A stretch of 64,000 nt of DNA, from positions 219,914,001-219,978,000 of the forward strand of contig OZ024742.1 in the NCBI GenBank assembly GCA_964016885.1. Direction: 5' to 3'. The position numbers were made by a program, and so were the translations under genes. The notes beneath the pieces were generated by a model that saw only the letters and a program-made list of their open reading frames with translations, made no database searches and had not been told where the DNA came from. Within the stretch, counting starts at the first letter, position 1, and each line of letters starts with the position of its first letter. The DNA is from Eledone cirrhosa (lineage: Eukaryota). Positions 1 through 10,483 of the stretch are shown here, piece by piece.

Positions 1-7
1 GTGTCCC

Positions 8-13
<6 letters not shown>

Positions 14-67
<54 letters not shown>
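14..67. repeat. (TA)n microsatellite; further runs at 259-314, 766-811, 2571-2585 and 5179-5232 separate the elements of this cluster
   Basis: Directly visible dinucleotide runs. Confidence 0.95.
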
Positions 68-68
<1 letters not shown>

Positions 69-254
69 CGAAGGAAGTGTGGTAGAAACCAGATGGACCA
101 TAACGCACCAGAGTACTCAATACTTAGGGTAGTAGAGTGGGTAATAGGAAAATGTTTAACCCCGATGGCAGAGTTCAAGCCGTTCTGACGGCTATTTCTG
201 GAGTCCAGAAATAGCCGTCGAAATGGCTTGAGCCCTGCCGCCGGGGTTAAACAT

Positions 255-258
<4 letters not shown>
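68..258 (-). mobile_element. Short palindromic element between (TA)n runs, probably PLE pseudo-LTR derived
   Basis: Near-perfect hairpin 151-255 centred on 203, plus a unique tail. The tail's minus-strand motif ctactaccctaagtattgagtact resembles ctactccaaaacttgttgagtgct in the tail of the neighbouring HHR element. Confidence 0.5.
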
Positions 259-310
<52 letters not shown>

Positions 311-316
<6 letters not shown>

Positions 317-761
317 GATATTAAACAAATGGAAACTATATTTATAAAACCATATTTATTTCATTATACATATTTCAGGGATACCATATTAAAAATATGG
401 CATGCCTTCTTCAGATAAAATACAATATATAAGCAGTTTTATAAATAAATTTGACGTACCATAAAAATATTGATCAACTTCCATTTAAAAAAGTTGGTTT
501 TTTTAAATGGAAGTTGATCAATATTTTTATGGTACGTCAAATTTATTTATAAAACTGCTTATATATTATATTTTATCTGAAGAAGGCATGCCATATTTTT
601 AATATGGTATCCCTGAAATATGTATAATGAAATAAATATGGTTTTATAAATATAGTTTCCATTTGTTTAATATCGTATATCTACTCCAAAACTTGTTGAG
701 TGCTTTATATCAGTTATAAAATATTTACTCGTTGTAACCCAACAATTTTAAATAAAACTTT

Positions 762-765
<4 letters not shown>
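311..765 (+). mobile_element. Non-autonomous Penelope-like inverted pseudo-LTR element
   Basis: Inverted arms of about 180 bp (311-492 / 499-680), each with an HHR motif, then a unique tail 681-765; (TA)n on both sides. Confidence 0.7.
544..653 (+). ncRNA. Minimal type I hammerhead ribozyme (mirror copy on the minus strand at about 338-447)
   Basis: ttttat-CTGAAGA(577-583)-stem II aggcatgccatatt/aatatggtatccct-GAAAT(615-619)-atgt-ATA|atgaaa; distal stem I tatttataaaac/gttttataaata. Confidence 0.7.
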
Positions 766-813
<48 letters not shown>

Positions 814-840
814 AAGAAATTAAAAGATCGTTAAAAAAGT

Positions 841-921
841 TCCATGTATTTTATTACGCGCATTTCAAAAACAAATATCATCCTAGGATGATATTTGCGT
901 TCTCGTCAGATAATATAAGGA
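841..921 (-). ncRNA. Minimal type I hammerhead ribozyme
   Basis: Minus strand: tccttatattat-CTGACGA-gaacgcaaatatcatcc/ggatgatatttgttttt-GAAAT-gcgc-GTA|ataaaatacatgga. Core intact, long stem II, short palindromic stem III. Confidence 0.75.
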
Positions 922-1100
922 GGCATGATATGATGCTTAGAAAACACTTGTTAACAAGGTAGTGTCTAATCAACATATGATAAATAAATTTAAACGGATA
1001 TAGAAGATTGGAAAAAAGGGAAAAAAGGAAGGAAGAGGAAGAAAGGAGAAAAAAGGAAAGGATAACGGAGGAAGAGTATAAGAAGGATGGTAGGATAGAG

Positions 1101-1135
<35 letters not shown>

Positions 1136-1357
1136 ACATTTAAACTGAGAAACGCTGTCTCCACTGAACAATAACTGAAAAAAACGGTTGTAAATTTCTA
1201 AATAAAATTAAAAATTAAAAATTGATGAGGTTTATGAGTGATGATGTTTATGATTACATATATAGAAATTAAGTATACTAATTATTTAGGGTTTAAGGGT
1301 TTATATACTGAAGGATTTATTAAGATGTGCGAAAAAGTTTTATCAAAGTGTATTATT

Positions 1358-1546
1358 GTGGATTGGCAGTATTGGTAGAGTGTCGGATACCATGCTTTGG
1401 CGCATAGAGTTACGGCCCTTGCCATTCTGAGTTCAAATCCCGCCGAGGTTAACTTTGCCTTTCATCCTTACGGGATCGATAAAATAAAGTACCAGTAATA
1501 CACTGGGTTATTGCTGGCCTTGTTCCTAACGTAGAAACAATTATTA
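1358..1546 (+). mobile_element. tRNA-derived Nin/Deu-domain SINE (family 1)
   Basis: A/B-box head (tggcagtattgg; gagttcaaatcc), core gcctttcatccttacgggatcgataaaataaagtacc and (ATT) tail; many copies in the window. Confidence 0.85.
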
Positions 1547-2160
1547 AAATAAAATGAAGTAAAATAAAATAAGATAAGGTGAATAAAAATAAATTTAATG
1601 ATTTATGAGGTTAATAAGCTTAGAAGACTATGTAAGGTCCAAGTTTGTTTAAATAGAATGTAATTGAAAAAGTATATCTATGAAGAAGTAATTATTTCAG
1701 CAGAAAGAAGTCCGGAGAGAGAGAAGAAGAAAAAAAGTAAAAAACCGAAGAAGAGGGGATGACGTCAAAATTTGTTTACAAAATTCACCTAATGTTAATA
1801 TTACTAGATTTGAAGTAAAAAATTGGGGAAAATAGCGGCTTACGAAAAAAGTAATATTGAGGAGAAATGATATGATGAACTATTTAAAAAAAGTTTGTAT
1901 CTACAAGAAGATAGAGCGGTTTGCTATAGTGAATTACAAATTAAGAATTAAAAAAATTAAAAATTAAAAAATTTTTAAAATTGAAAAAAAATTAAAGAAA
2001 ATTAAATTAAAAAAATTTAAAAATTAGGGGAGCTAGAACGTTATAGTAAGAATGAACTTTTTAGAATGTGCTGAAATATGCGAGAGAAAAAGGGGTATAT
2101 GTGTAAAAAATATATATATGTGTGAGAAAAAGTTTTTAATCTTAATTATGGAGTAAAATA

Positions 2161-2540
2161 TTAGCTGTATACTTGGTGAAATGACCTAAGCGATTTATGG
2201 ATGCACAGCGAAAATAAATCTGTGCGTCTATTTATTATAGAGTTAAAATTAGAGATAATGGTACATTTTTCCGCTAAACATAAATTACAAGTTCTAGATA
2301 TGGAAGCGTTGGAATAAAAAGAAGCATTGCAAATTTTACGCCAAGAAATTTTGTAATTAATGTTTTTGTCTTTTAAGGACCATATGAGTTCTGGGAGTGC
2401 AGTGTTTGTTCTTTTAAGTGGGTATTTAAAAGATGAAGAATGATTATATAATCTTGCCTTAAAGGAAGTAGAAGTAGAGCCAAAGTAGGTATAAAAATTG
2501 GTACTAGTTGTCACCTTACATTCGTATACTAAATTTTTAC
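2161..2540 (-). pseudogene. PLE GIY-YIG endonuclease fragment (CNLCxxEK type)
   Basis: NLVYECKV..YFGSTSTSFKARLYNH..SF..LIWSLK..ISW..CNLCLAEK..INRR..CIH matches the C-terminal GIY-YIG of invertebrate PLEs. Confidence 0.8.
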
Positions 2541-2649
2541 ATTGACGTCGGGCTTTATAGTGTTATTACTATATATATATATATAGTGCAAATTTATACG
2601 GGAACAAAACAGAGGCAGACAAATGAAGGTTTATTAGGTTCACGCTTTT

Positions 2650-2703
2650 GAGAGTCGGGGGGGGGGGGGGCGTTTCGGGCATAAGCCCTTCTTCAGGAGT
2701 AAA
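2650..2703 (-). ncRNA. Degenerate pLTR hammerhead motif
   Basis: actc-CTGAAGA-agggcttatgccc-GAAACG-(C)14-gactc; the cleavage triplet is replaced by a poly-C run. Confidence 0.55.
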
Positions 2704-4069
2704 TAGGTTAGGAAGAGAGTTCAGAGGGTGTGTGGAAATACATTTAGAAAAAAGGGGGAAGGAAAACAAATAAAAACAAACGTAAAAATAAACATAAGAA
2801 TAAACAATAACATGGACAAGTGGTGGAAGGATGTGAGGCGTGTAAGGGTGGTGGCGGGTGGAGTTGAGAGAGGGAGGCGGGAGGTCGAAGCGAGGAAGGC
2901 TGAAGGTGGGGTTTGTGTATGTGTGTAGGTGTACATGAGTGTGTGTGTATGTGAGAGTTTGAGGAAGAACGAGGTTCCATGTTCAGGAAAAGGTCTGTGC
3001 GTGGGTGGGGTGTAAGTCGGTGTGTGCGTGCGTGTGGAAGGAGAGGGATCAGGGGATGGGGGAGGTGGCGTGGGGTTTCCGGAGGTTGTGTATATGTGGG
3101 GTGGCGTGGTGCGAAAAATAATGTGTGAGTGTATGTACATGGGTAAGGTCCTGAGGTAGTTTCGTCAGATGTGTGGAGGGTTGCTGGATATTTTTCAAGA
3201 TATGGAGTGGATGGTTGGAGAGAAGACCGAAGGTGTAGAATCCAATGTTGGTGGTGGTAGGAAGTGGAGGGAAGTGAAGTGCGCGCGCAACAGGAAGTGG
3301 TCAGAGGGTCAAGACAGGGTGTAGAGATAGCAGTAGAGCGGGATGAAGAGATAGCAGTAGAGTGGGATAACAGGTGGAGTGAGGTGAGGACTGTGTGTGC
3401 GAAGGTGCGGTGGACGGGGGAGAGGATGGGTAGGTGTGAAGGGTGGAGGAGGAATGTGGTGAAGTGGGGCGATGGGGTGTATATTAGTAGGTGTTAGTGG
3501 GATATGTGTGCGTGAAGGAGTGTGGGTGGAGCGGAAAGAGGGAGAGAAGAGGTGTTGGGGACGGAGGAGAGCGTGTAGTGTACTGGTGTGTGTGTGCGTG
3601 TTTGGATGAGTGTGTGTGTGGTAAAGTGGGTGTTAGTATTATATGTGGTGGGGAAAGGGTGGAAAGCGGGTGTGTAGGTGGGGGTTAGTGGTGGTTGGGT
3701 GTGTGGAGTGGGTGGTGTACGTAGGTGTGGGTGTGTGATGGTGTGTGTTCGTGTGCGTGGAGTCGGGGGTTAGTGATGTTAGTTGTGGGGTGGTCGGAGT
3801 GGATGTGTAGGTGAGGGTTAGTGGTGGTAGTAGGGTGTGTGGATAGTGTGAGTGTGTGTATATATGTTCAGGTGGGTGTGTGCGTGCTAGGGGGAGGGGT
3901 CTGGATGTTAGAATAGTTAGTTGGGGGAGGGCCGAGGGGTGGGGTGGGAGTATTAGTATGTTAGTTGTGGGATGGGCCAAGGGGCGGGGGGTGAAAAGGG
4001 AAGTGTGTTAGAGGTGTTAGTAGGGAAAGGGTGGGGGGATGGGTGGGCAGTAGGGTGGGCGGTCGAAGG

Positions 4070-4560
4070 CTAAAGGAATAGGGGTGGGGAGTTCAGGCGG
4101 GGGGGGGGGGTATGGAGGGTGATGATGGTGCATTGTTGGACCGTGAGGCAGGTGGCGGGTGTTCCATGGCATTGGAGAAGGCCACAGACTGTGAGGTGGT
4201 GGGCGGAATGTTCAGGGGAGCGAAAGTGGCAGGCGATCGGGGAACTCCCGCCGAGGCAAATATCCCGGAGGTGTTCCGTGAAATGGTCCACCAGGTGATG
4301 TCCAGTCTGTCCGACGTAGGTTGCACTGCACTCCGTACAGCGAAGTCCATAGACTAGGTTGGAGGAGGTGCAGCGGAAAGCGTGCTGGACAGAGAGAGAG
4401 TGGCCGTTGGGACCATGGAAGGTGGTGGTGTTGGTGATGTGGGGGCAGGTGTGGCAACGGGGCCTGGAGCAGGGAAGTGAACCGGGGGGGGGTGAAGAAG
4501 AGCGTGGATTGGTAGGGAGCTGTGGACGAGGAGGGTGCGGAGATTGCATGCGCGTATGAA
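4070..4560 (-). pseudogene. PLE Zn-linker + GIY-YIG endonuclease fragment
   Basis: PCSRPRCHTCPHI..FRCTSSNLVYGLRCTECSATYVGQTG..FTEHLRDI..PIACHF..LN. Confidence 0.85.
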
Positions 4561-4609
4561 GGAGGGGAGGGGTGGGGAATATATATATATAAATAAATAA
4601 ACAAACAAC

Positions 4610-5174
4610 TGAAGGCATGTGGCTGAGTGGTAAAAGAATTGGATTTGCAATCGTGAGTTTGTGAGTTCAATTTATGGACCGGTCAATGTGTTATGTCCTT
4701 GAGCAAGACATTTTAATTCATGTTGCTCCTTCTACCTGGAGTTGCGACTGATAGAGAGTATTAGCTATTAGAAAGACCAACAGAAACATAAGTGCTCATG
4801 ATAAGGAAGGCATCCAGCCACAAAGATCTTGCCAAAGGAAAGGTTGGGAGGACTCCTTCCATGTGAAAGACATAGCAGCCTTCCTAGTGTTGGTAATCTA
4901 CACAATAAGTGCACCCAGTACATTCTGTAAAAAAGTAATAAGGAGGGCATCCAGCCATAGAAAGATTGCCAAACAAAATATCAGGAGAACCCTCAGCTGT
5001 GTTAATGACATGATAACCTATTCTATGCATTCAGTAGAATGTGAGACTATACATAAGCAAGATGCAGATCTCTGTTTTGTCTGGAAGATCTGTGGCCCCA
5101 CTTTAGTACTGATTTGGTCTCTGTGGACCAATGCAACCCTTGCTAGCAGGGAAAGTGGCTATTAAAACAATTAT

Positions 5175-5175
<1 letters not shown>
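4610..5175 (+). mobile_element. tRNA/CORE SINE with RTE-derived tail (family 2, old copy)
   Basis: Head gaaggcatgtggctgagtggt, CORE-like gtccttgagcaagac, duplicated ggcatccagcc module, tail ccttgctagcagggaaagtgg. Confidence 0.7.
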
Positions 5176-5235
<60 letters not shown>

Positions 5236-5789
5236 GATAAAGAAGAAATTGTATTCCATCTAGAGAAAAGCCTGTTTTTGTAATGACAGCAACGAAAATA
5301 TAAAAGTAAACAATATACTCTTCAAACTAGAGAATATTTGTTTTATGATCTATACTTCTGTTTGTTGTTATGACCAGTTAGAAAGAACAGAAATAGTTGT
5401 TTTGAACATGAATAGAGATTTGAATGCCATATAAAGAGACCATTTCACTGACAACTCTTGTTTATATACTGATTATATAAACTCATTGTTAATGTTGGTA
5501 AATTCTTACTCTGTTTCTTCTCATTTGGTCGTTTTATTCTCAGCAGAGTGATACTAGAAATGAATCAGTTGCAGATGCTAGACAAACAGAGAGGATATAT
5601 AGTCATAAAAATTTTAGCTTGTTTTTTGTTCAAAGTCTTCCAACATTCAGGTTGTTTGCATAACTCACCAAATAATAATTCTCATCATGATTTTACATTT
5701 TTTTTATCTAAGTTGGCATGAGTCGAGTAGCTTGTCATAGTTTAAGTAAGCTCTACTTTTTTTTCACGAAAAAGTAGACAATTTCAAAT

Positions 5790-6250
5790 TTCTTGCCACA
5801 TACACCAACTAGTCAAATGACATAAACATCAGGATAACACAAACATGGTCTGTTGTGAACTCTTTAGTTAAGGTGTAGAAATCTAACATAACCACACAAT
5901 AAAAGTTAGATTATTCAAAGCTATAGTGAAATCAATATTACTGTATTCCGTGGTTGGTGACAATACCTATCACCAAAGCTTTAGATGGTTGCTACACACA
6001 ATGCTAAGAAAGATAAAAAAAACATCAAACCTCTTGACCATGTACAAACATATTTCTCTATGGCAACCTCCCACTCATTATCCATACCATCCGTGACATG
6101 TCTTCAACTTGCAAGTGATGTCATGAAATCCAACGACCTTGCTAAAAACTTTTACTATGGGAGACCACTAATGTGTATCGAAAATGCAGAAGACCTCTCA
6201 AGATATATTCCATTTTTAGCATGACTTCTATGGCTGAATGTTGTTCCTAA
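5790..6250 (+). mobile_element. Decayed RTE-like LINE 3' fragment
   Basis: Residual RLFKAIVKSILLY..LDGCYT motif, homologous to 63385-63872. Confidence 0.55.
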
Positions 6251-7991
6251 CATCAATCACTTTACATAGTCTACTGGATGAATTTTATCATGAATAAAGG
6301 ATCTTCTCAATCTTATGTCACAGAATGTAATGGGGTGCATTATATAATGGCACTACCACTAGAGACATAGCCTTGTTCCCTGTAAAACTAAACTAGACTC
6401 TTCTTTATTCCAAGTTGTCTCCATTTCTTGAAGTCAGACATGACCAAGGCACTGAATAGAAGATGAATAGAAGATGAATAGATGAGTGAGTCAGTACTCA
6501 AGTGTCGCTATTAACTTCTCAGATGGGCTGGGGGCCTGCATGTAGATATAAATACTGAAAATTTTCCTCTCAAAAGATGCGGTTAATAGACGAAACAATG
6601 GCTCCACTCTTACTTCACAGATGAGTTGTTAACAATAAGAAGAGTATTCAGCTGTAAAAATAATTTCTGCCCTAAAGGAAAAAAAGATATTCCTACCCAC
6701 ATTCAGAAAAATGGATGTAAAACAGTAACAAAAAATAAAATTGTATTTTCTTTTAAACGACTAGACAGATTTCATTATACTGTTCACGACTTTCTAAACG
6801 ATTTTGTGCCAGGTGAAAAGATATCACATAAATAACTATTGGGAAATTGCCAGATTCTTCTCATGAAAATCTGGAAGACTCGAACAAGAGATAAGATAGA
6901 TTAGACAAGACAAATTTTGTAGAAATCGTCTTAATTTACAAAATCTTGTCAGCAAGAATTAGTGTAAAAGATATTCCATCATAGAATAATAATCAATGTT
7001 AAATGTAACAGAGTAGTTAATAATGATGAGAGAAACCCTGTCAATAATGATGAGAGAAACCCTGTTAATATTGATTATACATAGGTTATATGGTCATAAA
7101 TGTGTTAAAGACGAGATGTGTATCTACTTGAAACTACTTCTATATGTACCAACTACTTATTTTATCAATTATAAATGTGTGAAAAGAGAAGTTTATCTCA
7201 ACTGAATTTGAACTGAAACTAGAAGGATGATATCATATGTTGCTATGACATATTTGGTGGTGATTTGGTGTCAGAATCATTAGAACATAAGCTAAATATC
7301 TTGTGACATGTTCTGGTTTTCTGAGCTCTGAATTTAAATCTGACTGGTGTCACATATCTTTCATCATTTCAGTGTTGATAAAATAAATAACAGTTCAGTA
7401 GAGTAGATTGGTAGAATTATTAGAGTGTCAGATGAGATGGCCTTTGGTATTTCTGAGTTCAATCATGCTGGCCCTTAGGTGCCTTTAGTGAACTCCACTC
7501 TGTAACAAGGCATCTGGTTTGAGAATACTTTCCTTCCTCCTTCCCACCAGCCTTGGAGGCCTTGAAAATGACTGCAGTGACCTACGTTCCTAGGGCTCAT
7601 AGATACATTCTCCATGCGTTGTTTGGCTCAGTTCAGCCAATTGCCGCCAGCATAGGAGAATGTATCTCGACATGCCCTGAAGGAAAAATTCCCACGTCAA
7701 TTCAGAAATCTCTCTCTTGCAGTTTGACCATGCTAAGGTAAACACTTCTTCTTTTGCTCCACAAGCACAAACAATATGTAACAGTGAGATTTGCACTTTG
7801 GCCTGTCGGCCTTCCTTGGGCCTGGCACAATGCCACATTCCTTTAATAACCTTTATAGTGTTAATTTTAACTATCCAGTTCAACAAACATTACTTTGTGA
7901 TTAACTTTCTCTCTTTCTCACTACAATAAATAAACATACATTCATCATAATTATCCGTGTTGATATTCCCATCATTATTTTATCTTTCTAT

Positions 7992-8184
7992 GGGCGGTGA
8001 ATTGGCAGTATTGGTAGAGGGTTGGACGCCATGCTTTCTAGCATAGTTACGTCGCTTTACAGTCTGAGTTCAAATCTCGCCGAGGTTAACTTTGCCTTTC
8101 ATCCTTACGGGGTCGATAAAATAAAGTACCAGTAATGTACTGGGTAATTGCTGGCCTTGTGCCTAAAGTAGAAACAATTATTAT
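7992..8184 (+). mobile_element. SINE family 1
   Basis: Full-length match to 1358-1546 and 54308-54500. Confidence 0.9.
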
Positions 8185-8323
8185 ATCTTTTTACTAGAAT
8201 GGTGACTCGACGTGAGTCTTGGTGATATCTATTATTAGAAACAACAGCTAAATGACCATGAGCACTACCTTCCCTCCTTGACAAAATAAGAAAAAAAATA
8301 GTATTCACTATTATTAACACATA

Positions 8324-8490
8324 TGAAGGCACGTGGCTTAGTAGTTAGAGAGTTGGATTCACAATCATGAGGTTGTGAGTTTGATTCCTGGGCTGGGCAA
8401 TGTGTTAGTTTCTTGAGCAAGACACTATTTCATCTTGCTCTTTCTGCCAGGTGTTGTGACCAGTAGATAATATCAGCAATGGCATGACCA
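8324..8490 (+). mobile_element. SINE family 2 (5' part)
   Basis: gaaggcacgtggcttagtagttag head and cttgagcaagacact core. Confidence 0.75.
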
Positions 8491-10104
8491 ATGGAAACAT
8501 TATTTCCACTTTACTCGGTAATCAAATTAGGTCTGGGACCTTGCTGATTCAGATCATTATTAACACACCAAAGGGAAGACAGTTAAGTTGACTCTAAGAT
8601 AATCTGGACTGAGAATAATGGGGAATGAAACCAAATATTCTGGGATATCTACTATACCATTTGTGACAATCCCGGAGGCATTAGGGATAATAAACACATT
8701 ACAGTAATTAATTTTGCTCTTGTTGGTTTAAGTTTCAAATCTATGTTTAATTTGGCATGTGATTTCTCATAAGTGGGTAAAATAAGTCCAGTAATAAATA
8801 TACTGGAGTTAAGGAGATAAACTGACACTTCACTTGGCTTTGTAGCTAAGTGAAACTTCAATACTAAATATAAGAGTGCTGTATGTAAAATGACGGAAAC
8901 AGTAAATTGGTGTATTAAATCATAAATAGTTCTTTTATATTCCCATTTCAAATACAGCAAGGATTGACTGCTTTGTCTTTCATTACATTGAGTTAGATTA
9001 AAGTAATATTAGTAATATAGTAAAATTTATGGGGCTATACTTCTAAATATTTATCTTTTGATGTCAAAGTTATACTGTGAAAAATGGGTGAAGACATTTA
9101 CAAAGCAAGACACTTTAACAAATTCTATATACTATATAAAATTATGAAACTTCTAGCTCAATTCAAACTTCTGGCACAATTGAAAACTGAATACTAATGC
9201 AAATATTCATTGATTTATAATCCTGTAATGTTTGTAACAGATTTCATGATAATTTTATAATCTAGTGATTTTAAATGAACTCGAAATAAGGGCAGTATTA
9301 ATAGCTGCAACATTCATTAGTAAAGAGGGAATAGATAAATGCAGTTAAAGTGCATTAAATGAAAGTTATAGAATTTCTCGGATGTATATTCCTTGTTGAT
9401 AATTATATACTGCTCTGTTGGTGTCTACTTTTGTTTCAATTGGTATTTACGAATACATTTTCAGGAAAAGGGAGTTTAACAGCATTAAAAAGTCTGAGTA
9501 AAATCATCCCCCCCCCCCCCCCCCAGTAATGTAAGATAATAAAATAAAAATTATTGCGTTAAATTTTTTTTTCTTCAACTTGAACATTTCTGCATAGGGA
9601 TTGAAAGAGTGTAGATTTGTTTATAGTTCAATCTAACAGGGAAAAATCAGAAAAGAAAAAAGCAAAACAGAAAGAACTCAACGTCTTTTAACTCCAAGGA
9701 AAATTTAGTGAAAGAATCTAAAATTGCAATTAAAATCTTCAATTAAAATAGCTGTCAGTTTTATGTTATTGTGACATCAGTTTTAACATGAAGGTTAAAT
9801 GTGAAGAATGTTCAACTATGGATTAGAATGAAAAGCAATGGCACTGACTTTCAAAAAAGCATTTGTCAGAACATATTACAACACCTTTAAGAATATTCTG
9901 TAGTTTTATATTACATTCCAAAATATTTTAATATTGAGAGAATCATTCTATTGCCTTTAAATACTTTTCACTGGGCAGGAAGTTCATTTCAAGTAGTTTT
10001 GCTTGGTATGGATAAACCCAACATCTGTTCGGAAAAAAAATTAAATGCAATAATTTATATTCATTATCTTACATTTGTCATTGTCTGAAGTATACATTCA
10101 GTGA

Positions 10105-10483
10105 AGCCTCCAGCCTACACTGTAAAGTGTGCATGAAGGCAACACGATAAAAAGTGCCTAGCCCACACTGTAAAGTGGTCATGGTGGTGACATGGCAAAA
10201 AGTGCCCAGCACACACTGTAAAGTGGTTCTGTAGGTGTCATGACAAAAAGCACCCAGTCCACACTGCAAAGTGGTCGTGTAGGCATCATGACAAAAAGCA
10301 GCCAGTACTCATTGTAAATGAGGTTGGTGTTAGGAAGAGCATCCAGCTGTAGAAACCAAACTAGAATCAGTTCAGTATGAGCAAAACAAGGTCACCTGAC
10401 CTGGCATTGTTCAGAACAGGACAACTCATCTAATCCATGCTAGTGTGGAAAAATGGAGGTTAAATGATGATGATTATTATTAT
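10105..10483 (+). mobile_element. RTE-partner SINE / 3' module with about 48-bp tandem units
   Basis: Four-plus units of cccagcccacactgtaaagtgg..aaaaagca, then gttggtgttaggaagagcatcc and an RTE tail ending in (GAT)n. Confidence 0.75.

Larger units (their letters stand above)
812..2545 (-). mobile_element. 5'-truncated Penelope-like retroelement (GIY-YIG C-terminus, long 3' UTR, HHR-bearing pLTR)
   Basis: GIY-YIG remnant at 2161-2540, low-complexity UTR, HHR at 841-921, ends in (TA)n; interrupted by a SINE. Confidence 0.75.
2586..4578 (-). mobile_element. 5'-truncated Penelope-like (Neptune-type) retroelement
   Basis: GIY-YIG remnant 4070-4560, about 1.35 kb of C/A-rich 3' region, and an HHR-like core at 2650-2700 before (TA)n. 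Confidence 0.75.

Noticed and set aside
1358-1450. tRNA-like A/B boxes
   Set aside because: SINE heads with no complete cloverleaf; not tRNA genes.
5544-5650. Strong polypyrimidine tract + AG suggesting a host exon
   Set aside because: No convincing donor site or recognisable peptide.
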